From Eutreptiella sp. 'Long Island Sound 2002' (taxonomy: Eukaryota > Protista > Euglenida): a stretch of 64,000 nt of DNA. How positions within the stretch are numbered: the first letter of the stretch is position 1; the number at the start of each line of letters is the position of its first letter. The notes under the pieces are model-generated. The model did no database searches. It was not told the DNA's origin and was given only the letters and a program-made list of their open reading frames with translations. The translations under genes were made by a program, and so were the position numbers. Positions 19,533 through 30,227 of the stretch are shown here, piece after piece. The stretch is taken from positions 12,586,001 through 12,650,000 of the forward strand of contig OZ038378.1 in NCBI GenBank assembly GCA_964036045.1. The letters are read 5' to 3'.

Positions 19533-21284
19533 ATGATTGTCGAGCAACGGCGCATAATTAGGGGTGGGACCACATGGCATGCAAAAATTCCGAGCGACGT
19601 TGCTACTGTCTACACGCAGATAAAGAAGAAATTTCACTGGAAGAACCCTGAGAGGGCTCTGCAGTATCTGCACCTGTTCACAGTCCATTTCAACGGAAGC
19701 ACGAGCCAGTTGGTGCATCCCTCTGATCCTCGCACCCTGGCATCTGCTAGTACATGTGATGTGATCCGGGCATGGGAGGCAATGGTAGATGCACATCGCT
19801 GGACACACAAGCACATGGTCAAAGTCCGGGCTTGGCTGTCGCGGGCAATGTCAGTGCATGTAGAATCTCTGGCTTATACTATAAATCCTACACTGCGACA
19901 GGGCTCCGGGCTTAGTGTTCTATGCCATCGATCTCAGAGGCCCAGAGTGACCATTCACGAGTGTCTACCGCTTCGAGTGCGCTCCAATCTTGAGTCCCCA
20001 CTGTACAAAATCGTGACATTTTTTGTACAGCTGTTTGCACGCAGAGTATTCAGGTCGTTTTCACCCGGAACTCTGAAACATATCGCATCTTTGTTTACAA
20101 CCCTTTTTCTACCTCACAAATCACTCAAACCGCCTGATGTGGCTGCCTTCATTCAGGAAGTGGGAAAATGGGATGCGTTTGCCTGGCTATGCCTGTATGG
20201 GGAAAGTCATTCTCCGCAAAGCGTTGTCTATAGTCGATTTTACAGGGATATACGTCACCTTTCTCTGCTGCATGCCAAGGGCTTCAATGGCACCCCCCCG
20301 TTTATACCGACACCAGAAGCACCGACCATGGAGGATGGCTCTCCATCTGACATGCATGACGCTGACACTAGTGTAAGCTGGGGAAGCACTGGTGATGAGG
20401 CCAAAGATGCATGTTTAACCGTCAAACAAAGACAACTGGGGTCTTTGCTGTGGAATATTCAGCGGCAAATATGCCGTTGTCCTCACTCACTGCCCCCGGA
20501 TGGCCATCAAGATGGCAAACGGTACGCCCTAAGTGACACGGAGGTTGTTGATGTTGTCAAAAAAGCACATTCCGTGCCTGAAAGGCTGATGGTTATGCTC
20601 TTATTACAGTATGGCATGCGTATCGGGGGGCTTTGTAGGATTCGAACAACCATATCCGGAATGGAGAAAATGCTTCAGAAAGGTGCTCACGTTTTGTGGA
20701 GTGATGTCCCCAGTGACCTCAGCACATCAGAAAAAAATGGAGCTCGACGCGTCATCAGCAACTTGTCACCTCGGCTGCGTGTGCTTGTCGCTCAGTACAT
20801 GAGGTGGCACAGACCTGTTGCGGGCAGCCACAACACTTATGTTTTTACGGCTGTAGGAGGCCGTAAAGAGTTTATGGACCCCTCTACTGCTTGGCGTGTG
20901 GTTAGGGGGGTATTAACTCGCGCCAATGTGCCCACCAAGCTTGCTCATCCGCATACGTTCCGGCACACCTGTATACAAATGCTGTATAACAACGGGCTTT
21001 CGTTCACTGAGATTTCAAAGTGGATAGGCCACCGCAATGAGAGTATCACAAGTAATATCTATGGACAGTTGCAACATCAGGACCTTCAGAACAGAGTCAG
21101 CGAGAAAGTACCATTCCTCGCATCAGGGCCTCAAGTGTCCGTACGGGAGCGCTGGAAGCGCGTGGCCAAATTTTTGAGTACGGTTTACGATTTTGACAAC
21201 GATGAACAGTGCCCTCCGGCCAAGCGTGCCCATGTAACAAGACAAGAGGACATCCTTAACCGTGCAAATAATCAACCACCGTGA
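19533..21284 (+). CDS. large tyrosine recombinase, type A
   Basis: YGMR, EKNG, HPHTFRH, WIGH, SNIYG. Confidence 0.9.
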   Translation: MIVEQRRIIRGGTTWHAKIPSDVATVYTQIKKKFHWKNPERALQYLHLFTVHFNGSTSQLVHPSDPRTLASASTCDVIRAWEAMVDAHRWTHKHMVKVRAWLSRAMSVHVESLAYTINPTLRQGSGLSVLCHRSQRPRVTIHECLPLRVRSNLESPLYKIVTFFVQLFARRVFRSFSPGTLKHIASLFTTLFLPHKSLKPPDVAAFIQEVGKWDAFAWLCLYGESHSPQSVVYSRFYRDIRHLSLLHAKGFNGTPPFIPTPEAPTMEDGSPSDMHDADTSVSWGSTGDEAKDACLTVKQRQLGSLLWNIQRQICRCPHSLPPDGHQDGKRYALSDTEVVDVVKKAHSVPERLMVMLLLQYGMRIGGLCRIRTTISGMEKMLQKGAHVLWSDVPSDLSTSEKNGARRVISNLSPRLRVLVAQYMRWHRPVAGSHNTYVFTAVGGRKEFMDPSTAWRVVRGVLTRANVPTKLAHPHTFRHTCIQMLYNNGLSFTEISKWIGHRNESITSNIYGQLQHQDLQNRVSEKVPFLASGPQVSVRERWKRVAKFLSTVYDFDNDEQCPPAKRAHVTRQEDILNRANNQPP

Positions 21285-21358
21285 TTTTACGCTTTGCCTT
21301 AAGAACTTGGAACCAGAACCCAAACACACCTTTCAAATGCATGGAATATATCCGGAAG

Positions 21359-23362
21359 TCACCAGAACAGCTTTTCTTTGTCGCTGATTGATGATGATGA
21401 GGTGGTTCCATTTGTTTGGCGTTTACTGGTGTCGCAACCGGCTTGGTCCTCTAATTGCATCATTTTCAGTCGCAGATGGTTAATCTCATCACGGAGCATA
21501 TCACGTTGCACGACCATGTCTTCTAACTTATCCCACATTTTTTCATTTCCAGTAATCCCAGATGTGGTGTCCTGTATATCTGTGGGGTGAACTTCGTTGT
21601 TGCACTGTTGCATGAGATGTTGCACTTTGTGCTGTATCTCAAATTCTGAAAGGTAGGAATTGTGGGTGGTGACCGAACCGCCATGGCCAATCCATTTGGC
21701 AACTACATCAATCGGGACCCCCTTCGTAACAAGGCTTGTGCAGAGAAACTTACGCCATCTGTGGTGGTTGAAAGGCTGTATTCCGGCACGGCGACACAGT
21801 GACCTCAGTATACCATCTATGATAAACTTCGGACATACTGGACCATGGGTGAAAACATGCTGGTCTTGACTTACCTGTCTGTGTTCATTCATGTAATCAG
21901 CTATGGCACTCTGAGTTTCAGCAGAGAAGCAGATCCGTCGCTCCTTACTGCCTTTTTCGATCACAATTGTGGACTCTCGTGCTGCATTCAGGTTTGGGTC
22001 CCATATGTGACTGATGCGCATATCGCTGACAGCTTGAATGCGCAGTCCCGTGGTTTTGCTGGTGCTTATGTACAGTCTCTCCCTGGGTGTACGGGCCACA
22101 GATGATAGTTGTTGAATGTGCTGTTCATTGATATCGAATATCGGTATCATAGGTAGATGTTCGGGTTCCTCCCTGTATAAATCAGGTTGCTGTAGTGCCA
22201 GGTCAGACAGCATGAGCATGACCTCAGTGTAGTCAATTTTGTGGCACGGATCCACGGCTGGGGCGAAGACACCAGCCTCCTTCCAGTTGTAGACCGTACC
22301 GAGTAGACCATCAGTTGGACATTGCTTTTTGTGTGTGTCTTCCTTGTGTCCTCTCAATTTTGAAAATCGATTGAAAATACCACAAAGTCGTGCACAGAAA
22401 CAATAAAAGATACGCAGTGTCAGTTCTTCTCTGGCTTTGCCGCGTATGACTTGTTGCAATGGTGCCTCGACGGCGAAACCCTCGGAGCTCTTGAGTTTGT
22501 ACAGCCACAAAAGTAGTCTACTGGTCTCACGATCAAGTGCACGTTCTGCCCTGTCAACGTTACGCCGCCCCTTCATTGCTGCCAGTCGTCTTCTGCGACT
22601 GACGGATGGTAAAATATCCACGGTAATTACCTGGATGTCCTCGGCTGGTGGTTGTTCTCTGTGAAGTATACGTCCAGTTAGGATAAATGTTTTCAATAAC
22701 GGGTGGCGATCCCAGAACTCACTCTCAGCATACTTCCTTGTAATTCTCCAGTACCCTGATTTGTCATATTGTTTTTGTATACAGGCGATGGCATGAAGAA
22801 CCCAGCGTTCCCATTTGTATTGACGGGCCAGGGCAGCTCTTTCTTTGATAGTCAGATCTAATATACCTATTGCAGCTGTCATTCTCTTCGATCGAATGAT
22901 TGCCGGCAGAACGAGTTCTGTGAGCTTGATTAATCTTCCGGTGGTACAATAACTTTTGTTCTGAGGTGGTATCATCCGCACAAGTTCTGTGGCCATTGCG
23001 GCCTCTTGTTTTGTGACATCGGCTACCACAATAATCTGATCAATCTCCCTGCGAATGTTCAGTTGTTTCAATTCCGATGGTCTCGTGGTTGCATATCCGA
23101 GACGCCGCATCAGGGCGTTCATAAAAGTGGCCACGACACGGCGGCACGGGCGATCCTCTGCTTGTAAATGACTTATGAATGAGTATAGGAGGGTGATCCA
23201 GTCGCTTCTCGGAGTTGCCTCAGCTTCAACAGGATTTGTAAATCCACAAAAGGCTATGAAGGTGTAAAGGTAAACCTGTGAATGTGAGTGGTTTCGATGT
23301 TTGGTTTTCAAACTTCCATGATCCACCCTGTAAGGGGCGCCGTAATTGGTTCTCGGATCCAT
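21359..23362 (-). CDS. large tyrosine recombinase, type B
   Basis: TTGLR, EKGS, NHHRWR, WIGH, THNSY. Confidence 0.88.
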   Translation of the reverse strand: MDPRTNYGAPYRVDHGSLKTKHRNHSHSQVYLYTFIAFCGFTNPVEAEATPRSDWITLLYSFISHLQAEDRPCRRVVATFMNALMRRLGYATTRPSELKQLNIRREIDQIIVVADVTKQEAAMATELVRMIPPQNKSYCTTGRLIKLTELVLPAIIRSKRMTAAIGILDLTIKERAALARQYKWERWVLHAIACIQKQYDKSGYWRITRKYAESEFWDRHPLLKTFILTGRILHREQPPAEDIQVITVDILPSVSRRRRLAAMKGRRNVDRAERALDRETSRLLLWLYKLKSSEGFAVEAPLQQVIRGKAREELTLRIFYCFCARLCGIFNRFSKLRGHKEDTHKKQCPTDGLLGTVYNWKEAGVFAPAVDPCHKIDYTEVMLMLSDLALQQPDLYREEPEHLPMIPIFDINEQHIQQLSSVARTPRERLYISTSKTTGLRIQAVSDMRISHIWDPNLNAARESTIVIEKGSKERRICFSAETQSAIADYMNEHRQVSQDQHVFTHGPVCPKFIIDGILRSLCRRAGIQPFNHHRWRKFLCTSLVTKGVPIDVVAKWIGHGGSVTTHNSYLSEFEIQHKVQHLMQQCNNEVHPTDIQDTTSGITGNEKMWDKLEDMVVQRDMLRDEINHLRLKMMQLEDQAGCDTSKRQTNGTTSSSSISDKEKLFW

Positions 23363-23615
23363 TTGTGCGCGATGTCTTTTGTGTAGGATGTCATCAGACG
23401 GAACCTGTTTTCCTGTCGGTACTATTTTGCTTTACGAGAGTTCTCCATTACGGATTACAATGCCACCTGTATCAAGCGCTCCATTTGCTACTGAGCAAAA
23501 AATCTCAAACCATGATGGGTACATGGGTAGCTGAAAAATTCAACGGTGACCTGAATTGTAGTCAATATAAATGGAGATCAAATGGAGAACCAAACGCCAA
23601 TTGCAGAGGGGGTAA

Positions 23616-24653
23616 TTGCTAGCAGAAGCCAGACTACTGCTCCTAGACATACTCAATACACTTATATCTACGGATCTGACAGAAACATTAGACACACTTG
23701 AGTTTAAGCAGAGCCTAGACTGTAGCAAAGCGTTGAAACTGAAATCATATCGGAAATTAATTCGTATGGGCAGACAGCTTCCTGTTAGCAAATCAGCCAT
23801 TAGAATACTGTTCGAGGTGTTGTACAAATTGAGCATCGGAGGAAAACCAGTAACCTTCACAATGTTTCTCACCCCATACACCCCATATATCGACACACCC
23901 CCCAATATTGAGGCAAAATACATTTTCAATACCTACATCCTCCCTGAACTGCAAAGACTACTGACAACGAAACATAATGGCAAACTGCTGGTTTCAGAAG
24001 ATGACGACGAGGTCAGACTTGAAGTGCAATGGGAACACCAGACCGCGCGCAGCATCAGACACCAGGCAGTCCTGACCGCACAGCATCGAACTATACGCAG
24101 ACAGGCATGTAGCCTTGCCTCAAAAATGATGCAAATACTTTTGATTGCCGACTCATCATTGTCTAGAGTTCAAATCTGGGATTATAATTACGACAGGACT
24201 GCTATGGTGACCATGAAAGTGTATCGTCAGCGCTATGAAACTACGCTTGACACCCGGCTGCCATCAAATGGAGAATTCATGGAGATACTCCACCAAATTT
24301 TTTCCTATCACCAGGTCGAGAAAATGCCTCTCCGATTCTCAATCGATCTATATTGCTACGCTAAATCCAACCAAATTCGTGGCATGGAGATCACAGCGCA
24401 GCTCGAAAAATTTGTTATACCCCAGTTACGACGCCTTTTCGCTGAACGCGACCCTGAGAATGAAATTGAGGTACGGCATCTCAGTACCGAATTGATTGAG
24501 TTAAACATCACGTGGCCCGGAGACACGAAATTCGCACATGCTGCGCACAGGGGACTCGAAAAAAAGGGGATGTGTCAAAATCTATTCGGAAACACTCTGG
24601 AATTCCTACCACAATTCAGTCAGGACATTCGAAAGCACAGACAATTGCAATAA
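23616..24653 (+). CDS. cargo hypothetical protein with internal duplication
   Basis: YILPELQRLL...EVQW and FVIPQLRRLF...NITW; true start may be about 23582 with a G-run frameshift. Confidence 0.55.
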   Translation: MLAEARLLLLDILNTLISTDLTETLDTLEFKQSLDCSKALKLKSYRKLIRMGRQLPVSKSAIRILFEVLYKLSIGGKPVTFTMFLTPYTPYIDTPPNIEAKYIFNTYILPELQRLLTTKHNGKLLVSEDDDEVRLEVQWEHQTARSIRHQAVLTAQHRTIRRQACSLASKMMQILLIADSSLSRVQIWDYNYDRTAMVTMKVYRQRYETTLDTRLPSNGEFMEILHQIFSYHQVEKMPLRFSIDLYCYAKSNQIRGMEITAQLEKFVIPQLRRLFAERDPENEIEVRHLSTELIELNITWPGDTKFAHAAHRGLEKKGMCQNLFGNTLEFLPQFSQDIRKHRQLQ

Positions 24654-24679
24654 TCGATGTTGAGAATTACAATCTCTCT

Positions 24680-25966
24680 CTACATTAGCAATGTTGCCCC
24701 GACTCTGTCGGCAGGTTTACCAAGTACAGGCAGCGACTGTGTGACTGCAAAATACTCTCTGAGTACATCGAACAGGGACTGCAGAATCAGGCGGCTTCTG
24801 TCGCAATTCCAATATAGGATAAAGAGGTCTCGACCCACATTCTGGAGGGTTTGCCAGTCCATTATGCCATCGACGACAAGCATCAACAAAAAGAGGTGAA
24901 CCCGCGACTCATTACTGGACATCCAGTACTCTGTTGCCACCTCATCGATATATGTCAGGACCCCTGTAGCTGTCCGCTGAAAGTGCCCGACTGAATGTAT
25001 GCCATCGAGTAGATCTCCAAGTAGGTGATCCCAATTTTTATAAAGGCGTACATAGTGTTCGCGTGTGGCTAACAATTCCGTGTTACTGCTTTCAGCCCGA
25101 TCAATGGTAGTCAAAATGGCATGCGTAATTTCGTGCACCAGTGTGTCTATCGCCTCGGAGACATCACTGTTAGTTATTTCCGGTAGTGGCACAGCGGCTG
25201 CATGCGAAGCACGGCAAAACATACCCTTTGTTGTTGCTCGGTTGAATGGAAAACATAAATCTTTTCTGCCGACTTGAATTGTACTGATAGCACGTTCGTA
25301 CACACGCCACAGAGGTTCGTCGTTAATATGTGCATACAAACTTCTGTTATGATACTGGATGAGTTTCCAAAGATTTGAATGTACAATATACACCGTCAGT
25401 CCAAAGAGATTCACAACAATGTCCGAATTAGACATGCCATATTTTTTCAGGGCCTGATGAAAAATTAGTTGTGTTGGTTTCATGACCTTGGTATGATACA
25501 AAGTCAAATCGCTGATTGTGTAATTGATAGAATCCTGTCGCCCGTATGCACTGAGCAGCAGTTCTCCGAGTGGGTGTTGTACATCCACATATTGAATGTC
25601 GAAGCCATGCGTCACCGACCTTTCCCGCTCTGTGTGTTTTTCCCAGAGCTGTGTGACAGGATTGGACAACAGTATGTAAACAGCGAAATATAATGACATA
25701 TCTATACAGAATCCCAGTATAACACACACCGCGACGATCCTACAGGCCCAGATGGTGCACCTCTCTGGGTGCTTGGGTGCTATCTGCAGCGTGGTCAAAA
25801 ATTTGCAAATATGGCATGCTGATGGCGCTTTTTTTTGCAGCGAGGTCCACTCGCTTATAAAAGTTAAAAGCTCGTCGCGTAGTGACTGTGTAGCGAAATC
25901 CGAGCAATCGTCATTACAGATGCCAGTTAGCCATTTGCAATACAACCGGTTTTTGCATATGTCCAT
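24680..25966 (-). CDS. putative zincin-type metallopeptidase (cargo)
   Basis: TLVHEITHAIL (HExxH) and downstream DEVATE. Confidence 0.6.
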   Translation of the reverse strand: MDICKNRLYCKWLTGICNDDCSDFATQSLRDELLTFISEWTSLQKKAPSACHICKFLTTLQIAPKHPERCTIWACRIVAVCVILGFCIDMSLYFAVYILLSNPVTQLWEKHTERERSVTHGFDIQYVDVQHPLGELLLSAYGRQDSINYTISDLTLYHTKVMKPTQLIFHQALKKYGMSNSDIVVNLFGLTVYIVHSNLWKLIQYHNRSLYAHINDEPLWRVYERAISTIQVGRKDLCFPFNRATTKGMFCRASHAAAVPLPEITNSDVSEAIDTLVHEITHAILTTIDRAESSNTELLATREHYVRLYKNWDHLLGDLLDGIHSVGHFQRTATGVLTYIDEVATEYWMSSNESRVHLFLLMLVVDGIMDWQTLQNVGRDLFILYWNCDRSRLILQSLFDVLREYFAVTQSLPVLGKPADRVGATLLM

Positions 25967-26058
25967 CTGCCTTTATGTGTACATATATGCTGAAGAAGAA
26001 TAAAAAAAAGACAAGAAACCCAGGGGAGGGCGCTAACCGCATCCATGGCCCATGCAAG

Positions 26059-26190
26059 GTTCTCGATCCAAAGCAGAAATAGTTCATCGTCGGCATTCAC
26101 ATCTTTACAATGCACATCGGCGCTCGGTATGTAGTGTGGTACAGCTGGCTCCAAAAAAAATGTTGCCTTTTTGTCAATGATTGGTGACAT
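26059..26190 (-). pseudogene. 5' segment of the DUF5767-like gene
   Basis: MSPIIDKK...ELFLLWIEN ends at the direct repeat. Confidence 0.6.
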
Positions 26191-26195
26191 ACGTT

Positions 26196-27314
26196 TCAGG
26201 GTTTTTTTTTATCGTATATTTTATCACCCCTTAGATACAACAATGTATTTTTTTGTGGTAACAATCTGTAGCGCCGCCTCTGTGTCCTTTTGTTCCGGTA
26301 TGGCCTGCTGTGGGTATTCATGTTCCACATACAATGAATCTTGAGCTGGCGCATGGGAGACACCCCGTCAGGTAAGATGCGTCGCTGTGACTTGTTCAAA
26401 TAGGTGCAGAATGCGATATGCACCACTTGCATTGTACCGGGCCACCTTCCAATCTGAACAACAGATCCTGTTGCGAATATGCGCAGGGTCTGGCATCGTG
26501 GACTGTGATTCAGAGTGGCCTGTGGTGCTAAACGCAGTACCTCACCAAATGATACTACATCCCAGTCCTGTGTCTGTAATGACCACTTAGGATACAGCCT
26601 ACCATTGTTCGGCATGGGGGGTGCGTCGCTGTGCTTGACTGTCACACTGACATCCTTCAGTAGTGGCTCATATGTAGCCAAAAACATGTCACCTTGCTGT
26701 CTGTTCAGGTCGTTCCTCAGTTTTTGCCTGTCAATGCGCCATCCAACCTGAAAATGTACATTTGCCAGTACAATATCACCTACAAAACCGTGGATATTGC
26801 CATCCTGTAGTGTTATACCACGTCCTTTGTACCTCTCTACCAAAAAGTGTAGTATTTTTCCGAACGCTGTGAAGCTTTGACAACCTGTTGCTTGAATTGT
26901 GTTACGACGTGAAATTTTGAGATTCGGCATTAAATCCATCCATTTCACATCAAGGGATAGTACACTGCGGAATGGGATGCGGCCAATTCGCTTCTGTAAA
27001 TTGCCATGTTGTGCCTCACACGAGGTAAGCATGCGTATACATGGCTCCATCGGATCAAAATTAGAATTTTTGATGTCATGCGAGACACTGACACATAGCT
27101 GATCGACGTCAATTGTCATACCATATGTCCACATCACAACGGTTCGTGTGTATATCCGTAGATCGTGATCTTTGTGAGGGCACTGCAAATGGTCGCCGAT
27201 TATACTGTGTTTATTCATACCTGTGCAAACACAACATGATGCATCTGCATATGTATGATCATCCATCCATATAGACAGGCATGTCATCAATTGTGTTAAC
27301 AGGTATGGAGTCAC
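26196..27314 (-). CDS. TBP-fold viral transcription factor (ICP46-like)
   Basis: Two TBP-like halves: NTIQATG and LRIFATGSVVQIG; ANVHFQVGWRIDRQKL; likely start 27266. Confidence 0.55.
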   Translation of the reverse strand: MTPYLLTQLMTCLSIWMDDHTYADASCCVCTGMNKHSIIGDHLQCPHKDHDLRIYTRTVVMWTYGMTIDVDQLCVSVSHDIKNSNFDPMEPCIRMLTSCEAQHGNLQKRIGRIPFRSVLSLDVKWMDLMPNLKISRRNTIQATGCQSFTAFGKILHFLVERYKGRGITLQDGNIHGFVGDIVLANVHFQVGWRIDRQKLRNDLNRQQGDMFLATYEPLLKDVSVTVKHSDAPPMPNNGRLYPKWSLQTQDWDVVSFGEVLRLAPQATLNHSPRCQTLRIFATGSVVQIGRWPGTMQVVHIAFCTYLNKSQRRILPDGVSPMRQLKIHCMWNMNTHSRPYRNKRTQRRRYRLLPQKNTLLYLRGDKIYDKKKP

Positions 27315-27906
27315 TATTCCATTTGCCTTTCATTCCTGAAAGTGGACCCATCGCACCTGGATGTAGGTCCAATGACGGGTCACTGTTACCAAGTTTCATC
27401 ATTCCCCAATCTGTGGATGGTTTTGCTTTTGGTATATTGTCACCCCTGAAAGTGTCACCGTATTCTTGTCGCCATGTACGTGTTCGGGTTTTGCAAAATT
27501 CGCGTCTCAGTGCCTTGTCCAGCAACCTGCGTCGTTTTTTGTTGGTATCCCCCATATTTCTGCTTGCCATGCGCTGGGAGATGGGCTTACGTTTTGCGGC
27601 TTCAAATCTTTCGTTAATGTCTTGTGTCTCGTTGACGTCCGATATGTGTTGCTCAAGTTTCGACATGTCATCCTGTGTGACAGCAAAATCTGACACGTCG
27701 AAGTGTTTTTGCGTTATTTTTCCAGCATCCTGTGCTATGTTTTCGGGTGTGTCCGATTTGTGCTGGTCCCTGACCTGATGCACATATCCATCAGTGTGCC
27801 CCTCGAACCGGGGGCATGATTGATACAGGAAGTGCAACAGTAACGCAATTGCGAGCGCAATAAAAAGTAGCGGCCATCTTTTTTCGACAATTTGTCTCAG
27901 TGACAT
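27259..27906 (-). CDS. membrane-anchored conserved viral protein (DUF5850-like by recollection)
   Basis: N-terminal TM helix; C-terminal GDTFRGDNIP...DLHPGAM. Confidence 0.45.
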   Translation of the reverse strand: MSLRQIVEKRWPLLFIALAIALLLHFLYQSCPRFEGHTDGYVHQVRDQHKSDTPENIAQDAGKITQKHFDVSDFAVTQDDMSKLEQHISDVNETQDINERFEAAKRKPISQRMASRNMGDTNKKRRRLLDKALRREFCKTRTRTWRQEYGDTFRGDNIPKAKPSTDWGMMKLGNSDPSLDLHPGAMGPLSGMKGKWNSDSIPVNTIDDMPVYMDG

Positions 27907-29546
27907 TTTCTGCCACTTTGTGCTTTACCTATAATACATATGTCATTGATGATATGTTTCCATGCCTCAGTGTGATCCGGTGGCGGTGGATCTGTATCAT
28001 CATAGGTGACCCTATATGCCCAATTTGTGCCCAATCTGGTATCGGATTCGGGTATCAGTGGTATCGTATGCTCTGCTGGGATGGGATATCCGTATTCCTC
28101 ATCATCAGGTATCCATAGATCACAAAAAAAAAAGGCAAATTTGTGTAGAGAACTTGCTGTCATGTGTGTGCAAGTACCTGTAGTGATGTGTTTAAGGGTC
28201 ACTTGATCCTGCTTGAATACAGTGATTAGATGCATACCCGCATACAAATGTTGCGTTTCTTTGGGGATATAAATGGTTATTTGCAACCCTATATCCGTCC
28301 GTAGCATTTTAGATAAATAGGATCTGGCTGATGATCGTGATGGAGCAATGTATACTGCGGAGGATGTACCTTTATGCACATTATTTGTCGTCAATTGCTG
28401 CTGCCATAACGCAGTTCTTTTCAAAAAAAACCACATGGGCCACCACCAATGGTGTGTGGGATTTCCGTGGTCCATTGGTTTCGGACAGCACTTGGTTTCG
28501 CAAATTACTAAAAACAACGACTTTGGGTAGTTTGGGGACTGAAAAAGTATCCGTAGCAGGTACAGAAGATTGCATGGTGGTACAAGTGATGCTCCATCCA
28601 CCCAACAAACACGGCCACTGGTTTTTTTGCTAGATGCATGTGTCCATGGTAAGATGTCATTGGTTTTTAACCCGAGATGGTATCCGAAGGCCTGTGCTGT
28701 ATGCGTGGATTTACAGGGCAGTAGTACAATTGCATCATTGGGCACGCGTTGCATGCGCATAGTGATGGCACCGGCGCTCGGAATATCAACAAATCGTATA
28801 TACTCTTTAAACCTGGTCAGAATTTTGAGAATCATAGATACTGGTTCATGGCATGAGAAAGGTTGGATTGCCACAAGCTTTTGGTGTCTAATTTGGATAA
28901 TACTCACATCTCTGCTTTGTAGCCAACGCTCACTTGATATGTCTGTGTGGTCATAGTCCTGCCATCCTGGGGCACCACATATTGAACGCCGCAGCCATGT
29001 CATGTACCTCTGATATGACCAGTAACCTGGTTGCTCATTGCAATGTGTTGATATTGTTACATTGCATGGATTGTGCAGACCCACTGAGAAAATGCTGGCA
29101 CCTGTACCACATGGACTCAGCAAATAATCTGGTGACATCCTCCACATTTTATTAATGAGATTTCTAGCCTTTTGCGTTGATACATATTTTATAAATTGAC
29201 ATCTTTCTGGTGACCTATAAAAATCCTTTCGTATTCTGATTGGCGCCGTAGATAACCATTCATGGAGTGCATTTGACATAATTGTAACCATTGTATCGAT
29301 ACCTCGCAAATTGAGATTGTGGTTACACCAGAGAATCCATCTTGTAAACCATAGGTCCGCGGGTGGGTTCTCGATTTTTTGTAATCCATTGCGATCGTGT
29401 GCTACATCCACACCGCTTGAAGGGTTAAAAGAAGAAGATAGTGTATGTGGTATTCCCATACAAAAGGCTGGTGGGGCCCCACTGTAACCAGTCACAAGCT
29501 CGTATGCATGGGTTGCATTGACAATAATCCACACAGTGCACTGCAT
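27897..29546 (-). CDS. probable C-terminal half of split RNA polymerase largest subunit, very divergent
   Basis: Ordered weak matches to RPB1 C-terminal motifs: SVG..P..VTISTH, WVDGASL..NLL, SARSYL, HL..MHLIT, SLHKFAF, RLGTN. Confidence 0.45.
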   Translation of the reverse strand: MQCTVWIIVNATHAYELVTGYSGAPPAFCMGIPHTLSSSFNPSSGVDVAHDRNGLQKIENPPADLWFTRWILWCNHNLNLRGIDTMVTIMSNALHEWLSTAPIRIRKDFYRSPERCQFIKYVSTQKARNLINKMWRMSPDYLLSPCGTGASIFSVGLHNPCNVTISTHCNEQPGYWSYQRYMTWLRRSICGAPGWQDYDHTDISSERWLQSRDVSIIQIRHQKLVAIQPFSCHEPVSMILKILTRFKEYIRFVDIPSAGAITMRMQRVPNDAIVLLPCKSTHTAQAFGYHLGLKTNDILPWTHASSKKTSGRVCWVDGASLVPPCNLLYLLRILFQSPNYPKSLFLVICETKCCPKPMDHGNPTHHWWWPMWFFLKRTALWQQQLTTNNVHKGTSSAVYIAPSRSSARSYLSKMLRTDIGLQITIYIPKETQHLYAGMHLITVFKQDQVTLKHITTGTCTHMTASSLHKFAFFFCDLWIPDDEEYGYPIPAEHTIPLIPESDTRLGTNWAYRVTYDDTDPPPPDHTEAWKHIINDICIIGKAQSGRKCH

Positions 29547-29584
29547 AATAACTTTGCTTTATCAATTACACTACAAATGAAAAA

Positions 29585-30028
29585 GTGGCACAGGCTGTGA
29601 AATGCATTTGGTTCGCACCGGGAGACGTGCAGGGAAAGCACTTACTTTTCGACACACGTGAGGATATTATGAAATTCATACATGCCAATGAAATGTATAA
29701 ATTGGTTTATCGCAAAAATGCATCCGGTATTTGTGCATGCTATACTGACGGAGCATATATTCTAGGAACTTCTAGTATCTTGGTGCAGTTCTTCGCAGTC
29801 ACTGATCCAGACATGAACAGTATATGTGAAATGCTACGAGATCTTGGTATGAACTATGCAAAGTATAAGCACATGGGTCATGTGCATACATTTCCCACAC
29901 CCTACAATGTCAATACAACGTGTGCACCCATGGACATACGCGCATGGTGTGATTCGCTGCTGGATCCATTCACAGTCTTGCATGTCCTACAACAACCACC
30001 CTCGCGCAAAAGGAAGAGACAGGTATGA
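29585..30028 (+). CDS. hypothetical protein
   Basis: 147-aa ORF between the RPB1 halves. Confidence 0.5.
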   Translation: MAQAVKCIWFAPGDVQGKHLLFDTREDIMKFIHANEMYKLVYRKNASGICACYTDGAYILGTSSILVQFFAVTDPDMNSICEMLRDLGMNYAKYKHMGHVHTFPTPYNVNTTCAPMDIRAWCDSLLDPFTVLHVLQQPPSRKRKRQV

Positions 30029-30227
30029 CACTGACCGAAAGTCGTTCATTTCTTGTCATCGCCATCAGCTGACTCAGATTCAGATTCACTCGCAATTTCA
30101 CGTATTATATCCAGTATATTTTCTTTCAAATATCTCATTCGATCCATAATCCATTTAGTGTGGTGTACTTCAAAATTCTGATCCAATTCCAGTTTCAGCA
30201 TTTTTTTGTTTTGGTTTTGCCTATCAC

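Larger units (their letters stand above)
17900..26068. mobile_element. 8.16-kb dual tyrosine-recombinase element bounded by 10-bp direct repeats GTTCTCGATC (17900-17909, 26059-26068)
   Basis: Removing 8159 bp joins ...DELFLLW-IEN-KDVIH... in frame; contains a type A plus type B recombinase pair. Confidence 0.8.

Noticed and set aside
17900-26068. Self-splicing or spliceosomal introns as the cause of gene interruptions
   Set aside because: The inserts carry genes on both strands and are bounded by direct repeats, with no splice or group I/II signatures seen.
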